Source: Ignicoccus pacificus DSM 13166
GTDB taxonomy: Archaea; Thermoproteota; Thermoprotei_A; Sulfolobales; Ignicoccaceae
NCBI GenBank assembly: GCA_025340205.1
Contig: CP006868.1
Coordinates: 750,001 to 782,000, forward strand
Reading direction: 5' to 3'
Length of the DNA: 32,000 nucleotides
Under the pieces are notes generated by a model. That model ran no database searches, was not told the DNA's origin, and saw only the letters and a list, made by a program, of their open reading frames with translations. Position numbers and translations under genes: made by a program. Each line of letters opens with the position of its first letter. Within the stretch, counting starts at the first letter, position 1. Shown piece by piece: positions 8,006-16,779 of the stretch.

Positions 8006-10375
8006 TTAGCCTAGAACGATGAAAGTGGTAGTCATTATGGATGGCCAGAAGGCTTCATGGCTGTAAGCTATCACCTTCACGGTATAGGTACCGGGACCCC
8101 AGTTGCCGGTGTTGGTAGCGGTGATCACGTAATTGCCGGTACCGGGGGCGCTCTCCTTAGCGAAGCCCTTGAACACCAGCTGTCCATCGCCGTTGTATAT
8201 AGCCACGAAGACTATGGCGTTGTCTAGAGGCTTCTTGCTGTTCTTATCAATTACGTGTACCTTAACCTCTATGGGCTGTCCTGGTACTAGCACAGGGGCA
8301 TTGGTCTCGACACTGGTCACTTGAGCAAACTTGACGTTCTCGTAGCTTAGGTACTTGAACTGAGAGGCACTGAAGGGATAATCTGGGTTCCTGAAGGCCT
8401 TTAGTATAGCTGAGTCGCTGTTGGGATCATAGCTGTCAAGATAGAGAGGTCCGTTGCCTATCACCATGTGGCCATGCTTCTTTATGAAGTTGATAACTGC
8501 AGCGTAGTTGGGAGTAGTGTCTATCTTTATATTGAGCAGCTTAGCTAGTTCGGCTACTTGAGGCGGTACTACGTCGTTCTTCTCATCTTGCTCTAGGTAC
8601 TTCAGTACTATCTTCACGTGGTCGGGGTTGAGGGAGTCGAGCCACTCGCCTCCCTTGACCTGAGCCTCGGTGGGACTGAACGCTAGCTTAGTGTGCATCA
8701 CCGCTTGTTCCATAGCATAGAGGAGCTCCCAAGGCACGCTGGGGGCCATCACTCCGCTGACCATGTCAGCTAACTCGTTGGGGTCGAAGTGATACATGTC
8801 AGTGTACAGTATTATCTTAGTTGGACTTACCACTTGAACTCCCTTGAATTTGCTTATCCAAGTACCCCAAGTGCTGGCGACGTAGGTATCATACTTCATA
8901 TCGTTCTTTCCGCTCTTGGTACCCCACTCAGTGACTAGGTAGATCCAGTATAGCATGTCGGTAACCCTTACCTTCTGGCCGTCATGGAAGACACCTAGGT
9001 TCTTCCTCAGATCTAGCTCTACAGCGAATCTAGCATGAATGCCGGGCTTTACGTGTACCCACTTGTGAAGGGTGGCGTTGTATATAATGGCAGAGGTTGG
9101 CACATTTACGTTAGGTATGACCTTCCAAGACTTAGCTAGTAACGGTATCTTGTCTCCATTGTAGGGGTTGTTCCACATAAATCCGTCAATCATTCCTTGG
9201 TGTATTATAACGCTATACATGTCTTGATAACCACCAACGGGGTTCCAAGCCCACTTGTGTACGTACTTAGCACCTATCTTCAGCTCAGTACTTCCGGGCT
9301 TGTAAGCCAACATCTCAGTCCACCTGTTACCTATTCCAGCAGCTAGATCGTCGACCACACCCTTGACGTTCTTCTGAGCCACGAAACCGCTGATGGGGGC
9401 TACGACGAATATCCTCACGGACTCCCTAATTCCTAGGTCCAATAGCTTGTTGAATATCTCATCCCTCTGCTGCTTACTGCTGTAGTCACCGGTAGCTAGA
9501 GCCTTTCCTAGCTTGTCCAACTCAGCGTTTTGATAGTTACAGAATCCTGGCTGCTGCCATCCGGGCATGTAGCCGAAGAACGGGGAGTACATCTGGTATA
9601 ATAGAGAGTCAGAGTACTTGCTCATTGCAGAACTTCCCCAACCCTCGGTGTACAAAGTCCACTCGTACTTACCGGGATCGGTGCTGTAAACTAGCTGGTA
9701 GGCCTTCATGAAGTCTCCGTAAATCCTCTCGACGGTAAAGCCTAACTTTTCGAGATCGCTAGCTAGCATATCACCTATCTGCTTCCTAACTGGGTCATCG
9801 CTCCTTATCATGAACTTGATTACAATAGGCTTACCATGGTAGTACCACTTGCCATTCTTGAATACCGCTCCAGCCTTAGTTAGGGCCTCAGTTATCATTC
9901 TCTTAGCCTTGATGAAGTCATACTTGAAGTTATACTTAGCAAGGACACCTATTGCTGTTAGGTAGTCGGGATTTACTGGAGACAGTGGACTTACAATAGG
10001 AAATCCATAGCCGTTTAACACGCTGCTAACGATGTAGTCCCTGTTGATAAGGTAGTTCAGTGCAAACCTAACTTCTCTAATGCTGAAGGGGTTGAAGGGC
10101 CCACCGTACTTCTGGGTGGGGCATGGGTTGACCAGTATGTCGTCGATACCCCCGGAGGCTAGATACACCTTGACGTTGGGGTTGTTCTGTAATTTCACTA
10201 GCATGTAAGAGGGCACGCCCCAGAAGTACATGTCGATCCTTCCCGAGATAACATCTTGTACGGCAGTTGCTTCACTGGTATATCTCTTGATCACTTCAGT
10301 ATTGCTAACGGGACCGGGGACCGCAGCCATTACGAGGATCGATAAGGTTAGGAATAGTACCATCGCCTTCTTCAA
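8006..10375 (-). CDS. ABC transporter extracellular solute-binding protein, family 5 (peptide/oligosaccharide type), with C-terminal Ig-like/CARDB-type domain
   Basis: Signal peptide MKKAMVLFLTLSILVMAAV; PFSIREVRFALNYLINRDYIVSSVLNGYGFPIVSPLSP; KHGHMVIGNGPLYLDSYDPNS; C-terminal PVLVPGQPIEVKVHVIDKNSKKPLDNAIVFVAI...PGTYTVKVIAYS. Confidence 0.85.
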   Translation of the reverse strand: MKKAMVLFLTLSILVMAAVPGPVSNTEVIKRYTSEATAVQDVISGRIDMYFWGVPSYMLVKLQNNPNVKVYLASGGIDDILVNPCPTQKYGGPFNPFSIREVRFALNYLINRDYIVSSVLNGYGFPIVSPLSPVNPDYLTAIGVLAKYNFKYDFIKAKRMITEALTKAGAVFKNGKWYYHGKPIVIKFMIRSDDPVRKQIGDMLASDLEKLGFTVERIYGDFMKAYQLVYSTDPGKYEWTLYTEGWGSSAMSKYSDSLLYQMYSPFFGYMPGWQQPGFCNYQNAELDKLGKALATGDYSSKQQRDEIFNKLLDLGIRESVRIFVVAPISGFVAQKNVKGVVDDLAAGIGNRWTEMLAYKPGSTELKIGAKYVHKWAWNPVGGYQDMYSVIIHQGMIDGFMWNNPYNGDKIPLLAKSWKVIPNVNVPTSAIIYNATLHKWVHVKPGIHARFAVELDLRKNLGVFHDGQKVRVTDMLYWIYLVTEWGTKSGKNDMKYDTYVASTWGTWISKFKGVQVVSPTKIILYTDMYHFDPNELADMVSGVMAPSVPWELLYAMEQAVMHTKLAFSPTEAQVKGGEWLDSLNPDHVKIVLKYLEQDEKNDVVPPQVAELAKLLNIKIDTTPNYAAVINFIKKHGHMVIGNGPLYLDSYDPNSDSAILKAFRNPDYPFSASQFKYLSYENVKFAQVTSVETNAPVLVPGQPIEVKVHVIDKNSKKPLDNAIVFVAIYNGDGQLVFKGFAKESAPGTGNYVITATNTGNWGPGTYTVKVIAYSHEAFWPSIMTTTFIVLG

Positions 10376-10439
10376 TTGATTACACCTTCATGTATATGCA
10401 CCAAGTCTCTGGTGTAAAAGTTGTGTGGTGTGCTTCAAC

Positions 10440-10901
10440 TTACTTATTTGCATTATCCTTACGTTTTTCAATTACTTTAATGTACTCAATCCAAGTCTCG
10501 GGATATTGACCTTTCTCGTCCTTCTCATATTTCTTTACCATATCCCAAATGTTTAAGAGTGCTAATGACACAGCTGTCAGTGCCTCCATTTCGACACCAG
10601 TCCTCTCTACAGCTTTTACCTTCACAATCACCTTTAACCTGTTTTCATCGATTATTTGGTAATCTATACTAACGTTTGTCAATCTTATCGGGTGACAAAA
10701 GGGAAGTAACGTTGGGGTGAGCTTAGCACTACTGAGAGCTACTGCCTTACTTATTTCAAATACATCGCCTTTCTCCACCATCCCTTTCTTTATTCTCTCC
10801 AACGTCTCTCTTCTGAGTCTGATTATTCCCTCTGCTATTGCCTCTCTATAAACTACATCCTTCTCGGTTATGTCTACCATACCTTTCAAGGATGTTTGCA
10901 C
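10440..10901 (-). CDS. moaC: cyclic pyranopterin monophosphate synthase (molybdenum cofactor biosynthesis protein C)
   Basis: MVDITEKDVVYREAIAEGIIRL, GDVFEISKAVALSSAKLTPTLLPFCHPIRLTNV, VKAVERTGVEMEALTAVSLALLNIWDMVKKYEKD: MoaC signatures. Confidence 0.96.
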   Translation of the reverse strand: MQTSLKGMVDITEKDVVYREAIAEGIIRLRRETLERIKKGMVEKGDVFEISKAVALSSAKLTPTLLPFCHPIRLTNVSIDYQIIDENRLKVIVKVKAVERTGVEMEALTAVSLALLNIWDMVKKYEKDEKGQYPETWIEYIKVIEKRKDNANK

Positions 10902-10927
10902 CCTACGAAGTTTCGAGACACTTAGAT

Positions 10928-11839
10928 TTAGACTATGCCGCCCTCGAAGAGTATCAGGATCACCAATGCTAATCCTCCAATGAAGCTGAGGAATGCTCCT
11001 ACTGGTAAAGAGCCATAGGGCGTTACTATAACTGACGCCAAGGTATCAGATATGGTCATAACCATGGAGGCTATTATTATTGAATACAATATCTCTCCAG
11101 AGGGTTTTAGAGGGGACAACCTCTTAGCTATGTTAGCTGATATCAAGCCCAAGAATGGTATTATGCCACAACACCCGACGGCCGCGCCCGCCGAGGCTGA
11201 GGATAGTATTATAGAGATTCCCAACACTCTCTTGTAATTTATCCTAAAGCTTTCGGTGAAATCTTCACCATATTCTAGAGCTGATATCTTCCAAGATAAA
11301 ATCCATATCAATAATGTACTTATCGTTCCTATAATTAAGACATAAATTAGAACGTTCCACGTAACATATTCGGTCGTCCCAAGTAACATTGGGAGAAAAG
11401 GTCTGTTAGAGGCAGCTGAAGCCAAGTAAGCCAATATCGATGCTATACCTTGTAAGGATAGAGATATCCCTATGCCTATTATTAGCGTCCCCCTTAACCC
11501 ATACTTCAATGAAACTACTGCGACGAGTGTCCCTACGATTAATGATCCCAAAAATCCCAAGATGAAGCTCATCTTGAGTGTCAAGGCAAGCAATCCTAAC
11601 AAGAGAACACCGAGGGACAGAGCAACGAAAGCACCGGGAAGCACCCCTATTACATAAGGATCAATTAAGTCATTCATAAATGCCTTTTGTAAGACTAACG
11701 TTGAAGGACCTAGTAACAACCCCAAAGCTAAGTCTGCTACAGTTCTCTGTACTCGTAGTTTCAATAAGTAACTAGGCTCCATTGGAAAAGGACGAAAGCC
11801 TATTGATCCTAAACTAAGAGAAAGATAGAGCGATATCAA
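10928..11839 (-). CDS. FecCD/BtuC-type ABC transporter permease
   Basis: VQRTVADLALGLLLGPSTLVLQKAFMNDLIDPYVIGVLPGAF...GAAVGCCGIIPFLGLISANIAKRL...DTLASVIVTPYGSLPVGAFLSFIGG. Start placed at TTG 11839, overlapping the TGA of the upstream gene (TTGA). The ORF-track start at 11977 gives a 142-nt overlap and a polar, non-membrane N-terminus. Confidence 0.85.
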   Translation of the reverse strand: MISLYLSLSLGSIGFRPFPMEPSYLLKLRVQRTVADLALGLLLGPSTLVLQKAFMNDLIDPYVIGVLPGAFVALSLGVLLLGLLALTLKMSFILGFLGSLIVGTLVAVVSLKYGLRGTLIIGIGISLSLQGIASILAYLASAASNRPFLPMLLGTTEYVTWNVLIYVLIIGTISTLLIWILSWKISALEYGEDFTESFRINYKRVLGISIILSSASAGAAVGCCGIIPFLGLISANIAKRLSPLKPSGEILYSIIIASMVMTISDTLASVIVTPYGSLPVGAFLSFIGGLALVILILFEGGIV

Positions 11840-12780
11840 CCAGAGGAGCAGTAAACCCCGAGTTCCAAGTTTTCGTGTTTGTGAAGAACGTCTAGAAGTA
11901 TCCAGGGAGCTTTGCTCAACCTCGGTCCTGGTCTTTGTGTCACGTCGGATGCCGTACCGTATATTACGCATATCCACCTAGCCCTCAAACCTAAGCTCAG
12001 CGCATCCTTAACTGCGACTTTTGGGTTCACCTTCTCACCGGCAAATAGCACATAAACGTCTGGTTTTTTGGCAACCAAATATTCCTTGGTGATTCTGGGC
12101 CATCCCTTCATTTCTATCATGTTGGCAGCATTTAGTCTAGTAACGATATCATTGATGAATGTATTATTACCTACTGCATATATTCCCCACGTAAACGGAT
12201 AGAATAGCATTATCACCTTTACTTTAGTATAATTCATGGCTTCCGTTGAAGCCTTTGTTAAATTACCTTCTATGTAATTAACTATCTTCTTCGATGCTTC
12301 TTGATTACCTAAAACCTTCCCTACAAGCAGTATGTCGCGTTCTACACAAGATACTGTCCCACAGAGACCACCCTTTGTGAAAACTATCGGTATACCAAGG
12401 TTGTTGAGCACATTAATCATCCTCAAATCTGAACCTTCATCTGCCAAGATGACATCTGGCTTTAAGGAAGCTATTTTCTCTAAATCCGGCATCCAGAACG
12501 TTCCTACTAATGCTATTTTTCCTTCCTTAACCATTTTAACCAGCTTTGGAGGCCAGTTAACGGGACTTACTGTTCCCACCAGCTTAGTACAGTTTATGCT
12601 ACACACCGTTTCCGCTAATGCTGGAGTGAGGGCTACAACCCTCCTCGGCGGGAAATGATAAATTATTACTGTCCTATTTAATGAATCGACTACTGTGATA
12701 CTGTTAGTAGCCTTCACCACATTAATTGCTAAGACTGTAGAGACCAAACATATTAGAAATATCAAGCTGATTTTCTTCAC
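11836..12780 (-). CDS. BtuF/FepB-type ABC transporter substrate-binding protein (periplasmic-binding fold, probably cobalamin/Fe-chelate type)
   Basis: Signal peptide; RRVVALTPALAETVCSINCTKLVGTVSPVNWP..., IASLKPDVILADEG, VKVIMLFYPFTWGIYAVGNNTFINDIVTRLNAANM, VTQRPGPRLSKAPWILLDVLHKHENLE. Confidence 0.85.
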   Translation of the reverse strand: MKKISLIFLICLVSTVLAINVVKATNSITVVDSLNRTVIIYHFPPRRVVALTPALAETVCSINCTKLVGTVSPVNWPPKLVKMVKEGKIALVGTFWMPDLEKIASLKPDVILADEGSDLRMINVLNNLGIPIVFTKGGLCGTVSCVERDILLVGKVLGNQEASKKIVNYIEGNLTKASTEAMNYTKVKVIMLFYPFTWGIYAVGNNTFINDIVTRLNAANMIEMKGWPRITKEYLVAKKPDVYVLFAGEKVNPKVAVKDALSLGLRARWICVIYGTASDVTQRPGPRLSKAPWILLDVLHKHENLELGVYCSSG

Positions 12781-12859
12781 ATCTATCCCCCTTTTGCCTT
12801 CAGAGGGGCACTGAAATATTGTTTCTGTGAGATTGTAGAAGAGGATTAGGAGAGGTAGA

Positions 12860-12987
12860 GGCCCGGTCCCAGCACGGGGCGGCTGCGGCGCCTCTCGGAC
12901 GCCACGGCCAGACCCCGCGCGACCGGCTTAACTACCGGGTTCGAGATGGGTCCGGGTGTTGCCCGGTCGCTATGGCCGGGCCGGGCC
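12860..12987 (-). rRNA. rrf: 5S ribosomal RNA
   Basis: Reverse complement GGCCCGGCCCGGCCATAGCGACCGGGCAACACCCGGACCCATCTCGAACCCGGTAGTTAAGCCGGTCGCG...GTGCTGGGACCGGGCC has the universal 5S core (CCCATCTCGAACCCGG.AGTTAAGC) and a closing helix I. Confidence 0.95.
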
Positions 12988-13010
12988 ATGTGAGGGCTAG
13001 GGGGTTGGGT

Positions 13011-14111
13011 TTATATCCTTTCTGTCCTCCTCCAAGAGCCCAACCATAGGTCATATACCTTCCTTTCGATTAGCCATTCTTTCAGAGGTCCATAGATTAC
13101 TGCCTTACCCTTAAGATCCTTGGGTGTGGGACTGGAAGTTAAGAACTGAGCGGCTCTTATTGAGATCATCATTGCCTTTAGATACTTTTTGAGTTCTTCC
13201 TTACCTCTATAGGCTGCCTTGAGAGCTGGTAGGGCCAAACCCGCTATGTCTGCACCCATGGCTAGGGCCTTTATAGCGTCCATACCGGTCCTTACACCGC
13301 CAGATCCTATTATCGTCGCCTCCGGCGCTGCCGCTCTCGTCTCAGCTATCGCCGCTGCCGTGGGTATACCCCAATCGCTCATCCACTCCGCTGCCTTAGC
13401 TAGCTCCTCCAAACCCTTCTCGAGTGCTCGATACATCTCCACCTTTACCCAGCTGGTGCCTCCCGAACCGGAGACATCGAAGGCTTTTATTCCAATATCT
13501 CTAAACATTAAGGCTGTATCATAGTCTATGCCAGCTCCCGTTTCCTTAATGATTATTGGTTTGTCTACACTATCTATCAATTCTGCTAGCTTCGAAATGA
13601 GGCCTTCAAAGTCTAAGTCTCCTTCAGGCTGGAATGCCTCTTGAGCGGCGTTCAAGTGTATGGCTATTGCATCAGCATCTATCATCTCGATTGCGTCCCT
13701 TATCTCCTTTATACCATAGCCCTTGAGGAGCTGAGGGGCTCCTAAGTTTGCTATGAGGAGGGCGTTTGGGGCTTTTTCTCTAGCAATCTTAAATGTCCAA
13801 GCAAGCTCCGGGTGCTCTATGGCGGCCCTTTGGCTCCCTACTCCCATACCTAGACCTAGTTCCTCAACGACCTCAGCTATAGTAGCATTGATCTTCGCCG
13901 CGTTCTCATTACCTCCAGTCATCCCGGTAACTATTATAGGAGCTTTGAGCTTCTTCCCGAAAACCTCTATCTCCGTGTTTACGTCTTTCATGTTTATCTC
14001 AGGTGCCGCTCTATGCACTACCTTGACGTATTCAAACCATGTACTACCCGCTTCGACGTCTTGAAGCAATGTTATTCTGAGATGATCCATCTTTCTTGAA
14101 GGGGTTTTCAT
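13011..14111 (-). CDS. fni: type 2 isopentenyl-diphosphate delta-isomerase
   Basis: RKMDHLRITLLQDVEAG, LKAPIIVTGMTGG, GLGMGVGSQRAA, AIHLNAAQEAFQPEGD, IKETGAGI, IKAFDVSGSGGTSWVKVE, IGSGGVRTGMDAIKALAMGADIAGLALP. Confidence 0.96.
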   Translation of the reverse strand: MKTPSRKMDHLRITLLQDVEAGSTWFEYVKVVHRAAPEINMKDVNTEIEVFGKKLKAPIIVTGMTGGNENAAKINATIAEVVEELGLGMGVGSQRAAIEHPELAWTFKIAREKAPNALLIANLGAPQLLKGYGIKEIRDAIEMIDADAIAIHLNAAQEAFQPEGDLDFEGLISKLAELIDSVDKPIIIKETGAGIDYDTALMFRDIGIKAFDVSGSGGTSWVKVEMYRALEKGLEELAKAAEWMSDWGIPTAAAIAETRAAAPEATIIGSGGVRTGMDAIKALAMGADIAGLALPALKAAYRGKEELKKYLKAMMISIRAAQFLTSSPTPKDLKGKAVIYGPLKEWLIERKVYDLWLGSWRRTERI

Positions 14112-14193
14112 CGTCTTCTGCCGTTATGTGTCCTTGCTCGCGCTCAATATAGCTTCCCTTACGACAAGGGGTATCGGTATAGGGCGATAGAGC

Positions 14194-14745
14194 TTGAAGA
14201 GGGTTACGCGCGAAACGTCGATAGAGGTAGAGAAGTGCGATACCACACAAGTAGTCACGCCTATACCGTTCTTTACACACATGCTTGAAACGTTACTAAA
14301 GCACTCCTCATTATCTCTCTGCATTAATGCAGAAGATCTTCTAGGCTATGATGATCATCACGTAGTTGAAGATGTAGCTATTGTACTTGGTCGATATTTG
14401 AATACCCTGTTCAAAAAAGATCTTAAGAGAAGGTTCGCGTGGAGTGTAGTTCCCATGGATGAAAGCCTAGCTCTATGTTCTCTCGATGTCTCTGGCAGAG
14501 GATCCTTCCACTATGACTTCAGCTTCGAGAGGGAAGAGATAGGCGGTTTAGCCACTGAGAACGTCGCACACTTCTTCGAGACAATTGCCAGAGAAGCGAG
14601 GATAACCCTCCACCTTAGGATACTAAGTGGTACCAATGATCATCATAAAATAGAAGCCTTATTCAAATCGTTCGCTATTTGTCTAGGCCAAAGCCTAGGC
14701 ACTTGGAGAGGTGGAGGTAGCACTAAGGGCGTTCTTGACCTCTGA
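14194..14745 (+). CDS. hisB: imidazoleglycerol-phosphate dehydratase
   Basis: TTG start; RETSIEVEK, TPIPFFTHMLETLLKHSSLSL, DDHHVVEDVAIVLGR, ATENVAHFFETIAREARITLHLRILSGTNDHHKIEALFKSFAICLGQSL (conserved HH motifs). Confidence 0.93.
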   Translation: MKRVTRETSIEVEKCDTTQVVTPIPFFTHMLETLLKHSSLSLCINAEDLLGYDDHHVVEDVAIVLGRYLNTLFKKDLKRRFAWSVVPMDESLALCSLDVSGRGSFHYDFSFEREEIGGLATENVAHFFETIAREARITLHLRILSGTNDHHKIEALFKSFAICLGQSLGTWRGGGSTKGVLDL

Positions 14746-14955
14746 TTTCTCTACTATTATAGAGTTAGTGGGACAGTTCTCGACACATGCCATACAACCT
14801 ATACAAGCCTCTTCCCTCTCGACAACACTAACCAATCTCTCATACTCTCCTTCCCTCTTCATCACTATTCTGAAGACGTCGGTGGGACATATCTGGGCAC
14901 AGACCGAACATCCAATGCAAGTTTCCTCAATCACTTTGACTTTATAAGAGGTCAC
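14695..14955 (-). CDS. 2x[4Fe-4S] ferredoxin
   Basis: CIGCSVCAQICP and CIGCMACVENCP. Confidence 0.92.
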   Translation of the reverse strand: MTSYKVKVIEETCIGCSVCAQICPTDVFRIVMKREGEYERLVSVVEREEACIGCMACVENCPTNSIIVEKSEVKNALSATSTSPSA

Positions 14956-15068
14956 AGCCTTACCCCTTTCAGAGCCCGACCCACTGGCTAATAATCACTA
15001 TCAAGGCCGATGAGGAGTGGTAGCCTACCGATTCGTGAGGACATGCGGGGCTGGTCTGAGGTGAGGAG

Positions 15069-16073
15069 ATGAAGAATAGGCTCAAGAGCATAATATGGAT
15101 ACTCACGGGAGCGTGTAACCTAAACTGCCTCCACTGTTACGCGAAGCGTTTCTTATCCTGGCAACCAGAGGTTTCCGAAGACGAAGTTAGGAGGGTCCTC
15201 TCGGAAGCATTAGAGCTAGGTTTAGAGTGGGTTAACTTCAGCGGCGGTGAACTTCTCCTATATAAGCCATGGTCTTTGAGAGTTTTAGCATGGCTTTCTG
15301 AGGAGGGTGTTGATAGTAGTCTAGTGACTAACGCTATGTTTATAGATAATGAGAAAGCATCATATATATCAAAGAACAACATACACGTATACGTAAGCAT
15401 TGATGGTACTAAGGAAACCCATGAGAAGCATCGAGGACCCGGTACTTTCGACGCAGTCATCAGAGGTATAGAGAAGCTTAAGGCACATAACGCCTCTTTT
15501 ACTACCATTATGGCCGTCTCTCGTTTAAATTACCACGTGGTAAAGGACTTCGTTAGACTATCCAAGGAGCTAGGAGCTTCCAGCGTAGCTATAATACCAG
15601 TAATGCCATTTGGAAACGCTCTCGTGAATGAAGTTTGGGTAAGGTCTCGTGAGTACATGAAAGCGTTATTAGATTTCGTTGAAGCGCTGGATGAATATGA
15701 GATCTCTGGTAACACTTGGTGTACACCTTGGAGCAAGTACTTCTTTAAATCCAAGCGGCTTCACGCTGGCAACTGTAGATTCACGGAGGGAATAGACATA
15801 GGTCCAGATGGCTCTGTACTATTATGTGATGTTCTTGATATAAAACTGGGAAATATAAGGGAAAAGAATCTAAAGGAAGTTATAACCGAGGTGAACAACA
15901 ACGAGCTAGTAAAGAAATTGAGGGAAGTACCTACGACGAGACCTTGTAGATCATGCGTTTTTAGAGAACTTTGCCTTGGGGGATGCTATGCTAGAGCTCT
16001 CCAAAGGTGGGGAACATTAGAAGGTGATCCTCTATGCCCCTTAGTCTCACTGAGTAGATTTAGAGAGAGTTAA
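15069..16073 (+). CDS. radical SAM protein with SPASM-like C-terminal cysteine cluster
   Basis: TGACNLNCLHCYAKR (CxxxCxxC), FSGGELLLYKPWSLRVLAWL, C-terminal CRSCVFRELCLGGCYARAL...GDPLCPL. Confidence 0.92.
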   Translation: MKNRLKSIIWILTGACNLNCLHCYAKRFLSWQPEVSEDEVRRVLSEALELGLEWVNFSGGELLLYKPWSLRVLAWLSEEGVDSSLVTNAMFIDNEKASYISKNNIHVYVSIDGTKETHEKHRGPGTFDAVIRGIEKLKAHNASFTTIMAVSRLNYHVVKDFVRLSKELGASSVAIIPVMPFGNALVNEVWVRSREYMKALLDFVEALDEYEISGNTWCTPWSKYFFKSKRLHAGNCRFTEGIDIGPDGSVLLCDVLDIKLGNIREKNLKEVITEVNNNELVKKLREVPTTRPCRSCVFRELCLGGCYARALQRWGTLEGDPLCPLVSLSRFRES

Positions 16074-16099
16074 AGATAAGTTTAATATTCGTTTTCAGT

Positions 16100-16134
16100 C
16101 CAATTTATAATAGCTTTTAAAGCCCCAATTTATA
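16100..16134 (+). promoter_or_regulatory. two direct copies of CCAATTTATA (TATA-like elements) upstream of tbp
   Basis: CCAATTTATA at 16100..16109 and 16125..16134. The second is centred about 26 bp before the tbp ATG at 16157. Confidence 0.6.
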
Positions 16135-16156
16135 GGCTTAGCGCGGGTAAGCATAT

Positions 16157-16777
16157 ATGTCTGCTGTGACTTCCTCTCCCTCTGCGCCTAAGCCTACCAT
16201 TAAGATAGAGAATATAGTGGCGACGGTCTCTATAGACCAAAAGATAGACCTTGAGGAAGTAGAGAGGAAGTTAACTAACGTAGAATATGAGCCCGAGCAG
16301 TTTCCAGGCTTGATCTTCAGATTAGAGAAACCTAGGGTCACCGCGCTAATCTTCAAGTCTGGTAAGATGGTAATCACCGGTGCGAAAAGTACCGAGGAAC
16401 TCATAAGGGCTGTAAAAACTATATTTGCGATCTTAAAGAAACATGGCATAGTTGGTAAGGTTAGACCTAGGATACAGATCCAAAACATAGTTGCTTCCGC
16501 TAATCTAAACGTCGACGTTAATTTGGAGAAGGCGGCGTTTCTTCTCGAAAATAGTATGTACGAACCAGAGCAATTTCCTGGCCTCATCTACCGTCTTGAG
16601 GAACCCAGAGTTGTGTTGTTGCTCTTCTCCTCCGGAAAGATGGTCGTTACTGGAGCCAAGAAGGAAGATGAGGTAAAAAGAGCTGTGGAGAAGGTGTACA
16701 AGAAATTAGAGGAGTTAGAGTGCATAAGAAAGCCCGATGAGGATCTTACTGAAGAGGAGCTGTTAGACTTAGAGTAA
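16157..16777 (+). CDS. tbp: TATA-box-binding protein
   Basis: Two repeats: [62 protein letters not shown] and [61 protein letters not shown]. Confidence 0.98.
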   Translation: MSAVTSSPSAPKPTIKIENIVATVSIDQKIDLEEVERKLTNVEYEPEQFPGLIFRLEKPRVTALIFKSGKMVITGAKSTEELIRAVKTIFAILKKHGIVGKVRPRIQIQNIVASANLNVDVNLEKAAFLLENSMYEPEQFPGLIYRLEEPRVVLLLFSSGKMVVTGAKKEDEVKRAVEKVYKKLEELECIRKPDEDLTEEELLDLE

Positions 16778-16779
16778 TC

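Noticed and set aside
13219-14324. ORFs 13219..13524, 13753..14064, 14044..14280 and 14124..14324
   Set aside because: Antisense or out-of-frame relative to fni and hisB, which have clear catalytic motifs.
16138-16587. Minus-strand 149-aa ORF inside tbp containing the repeated phrase RPGNCSGSY
   Set aside because: It is the antisense reading of the two direct TBP repeats; the repetition comes from TBP duplication, not a new repeat protein.
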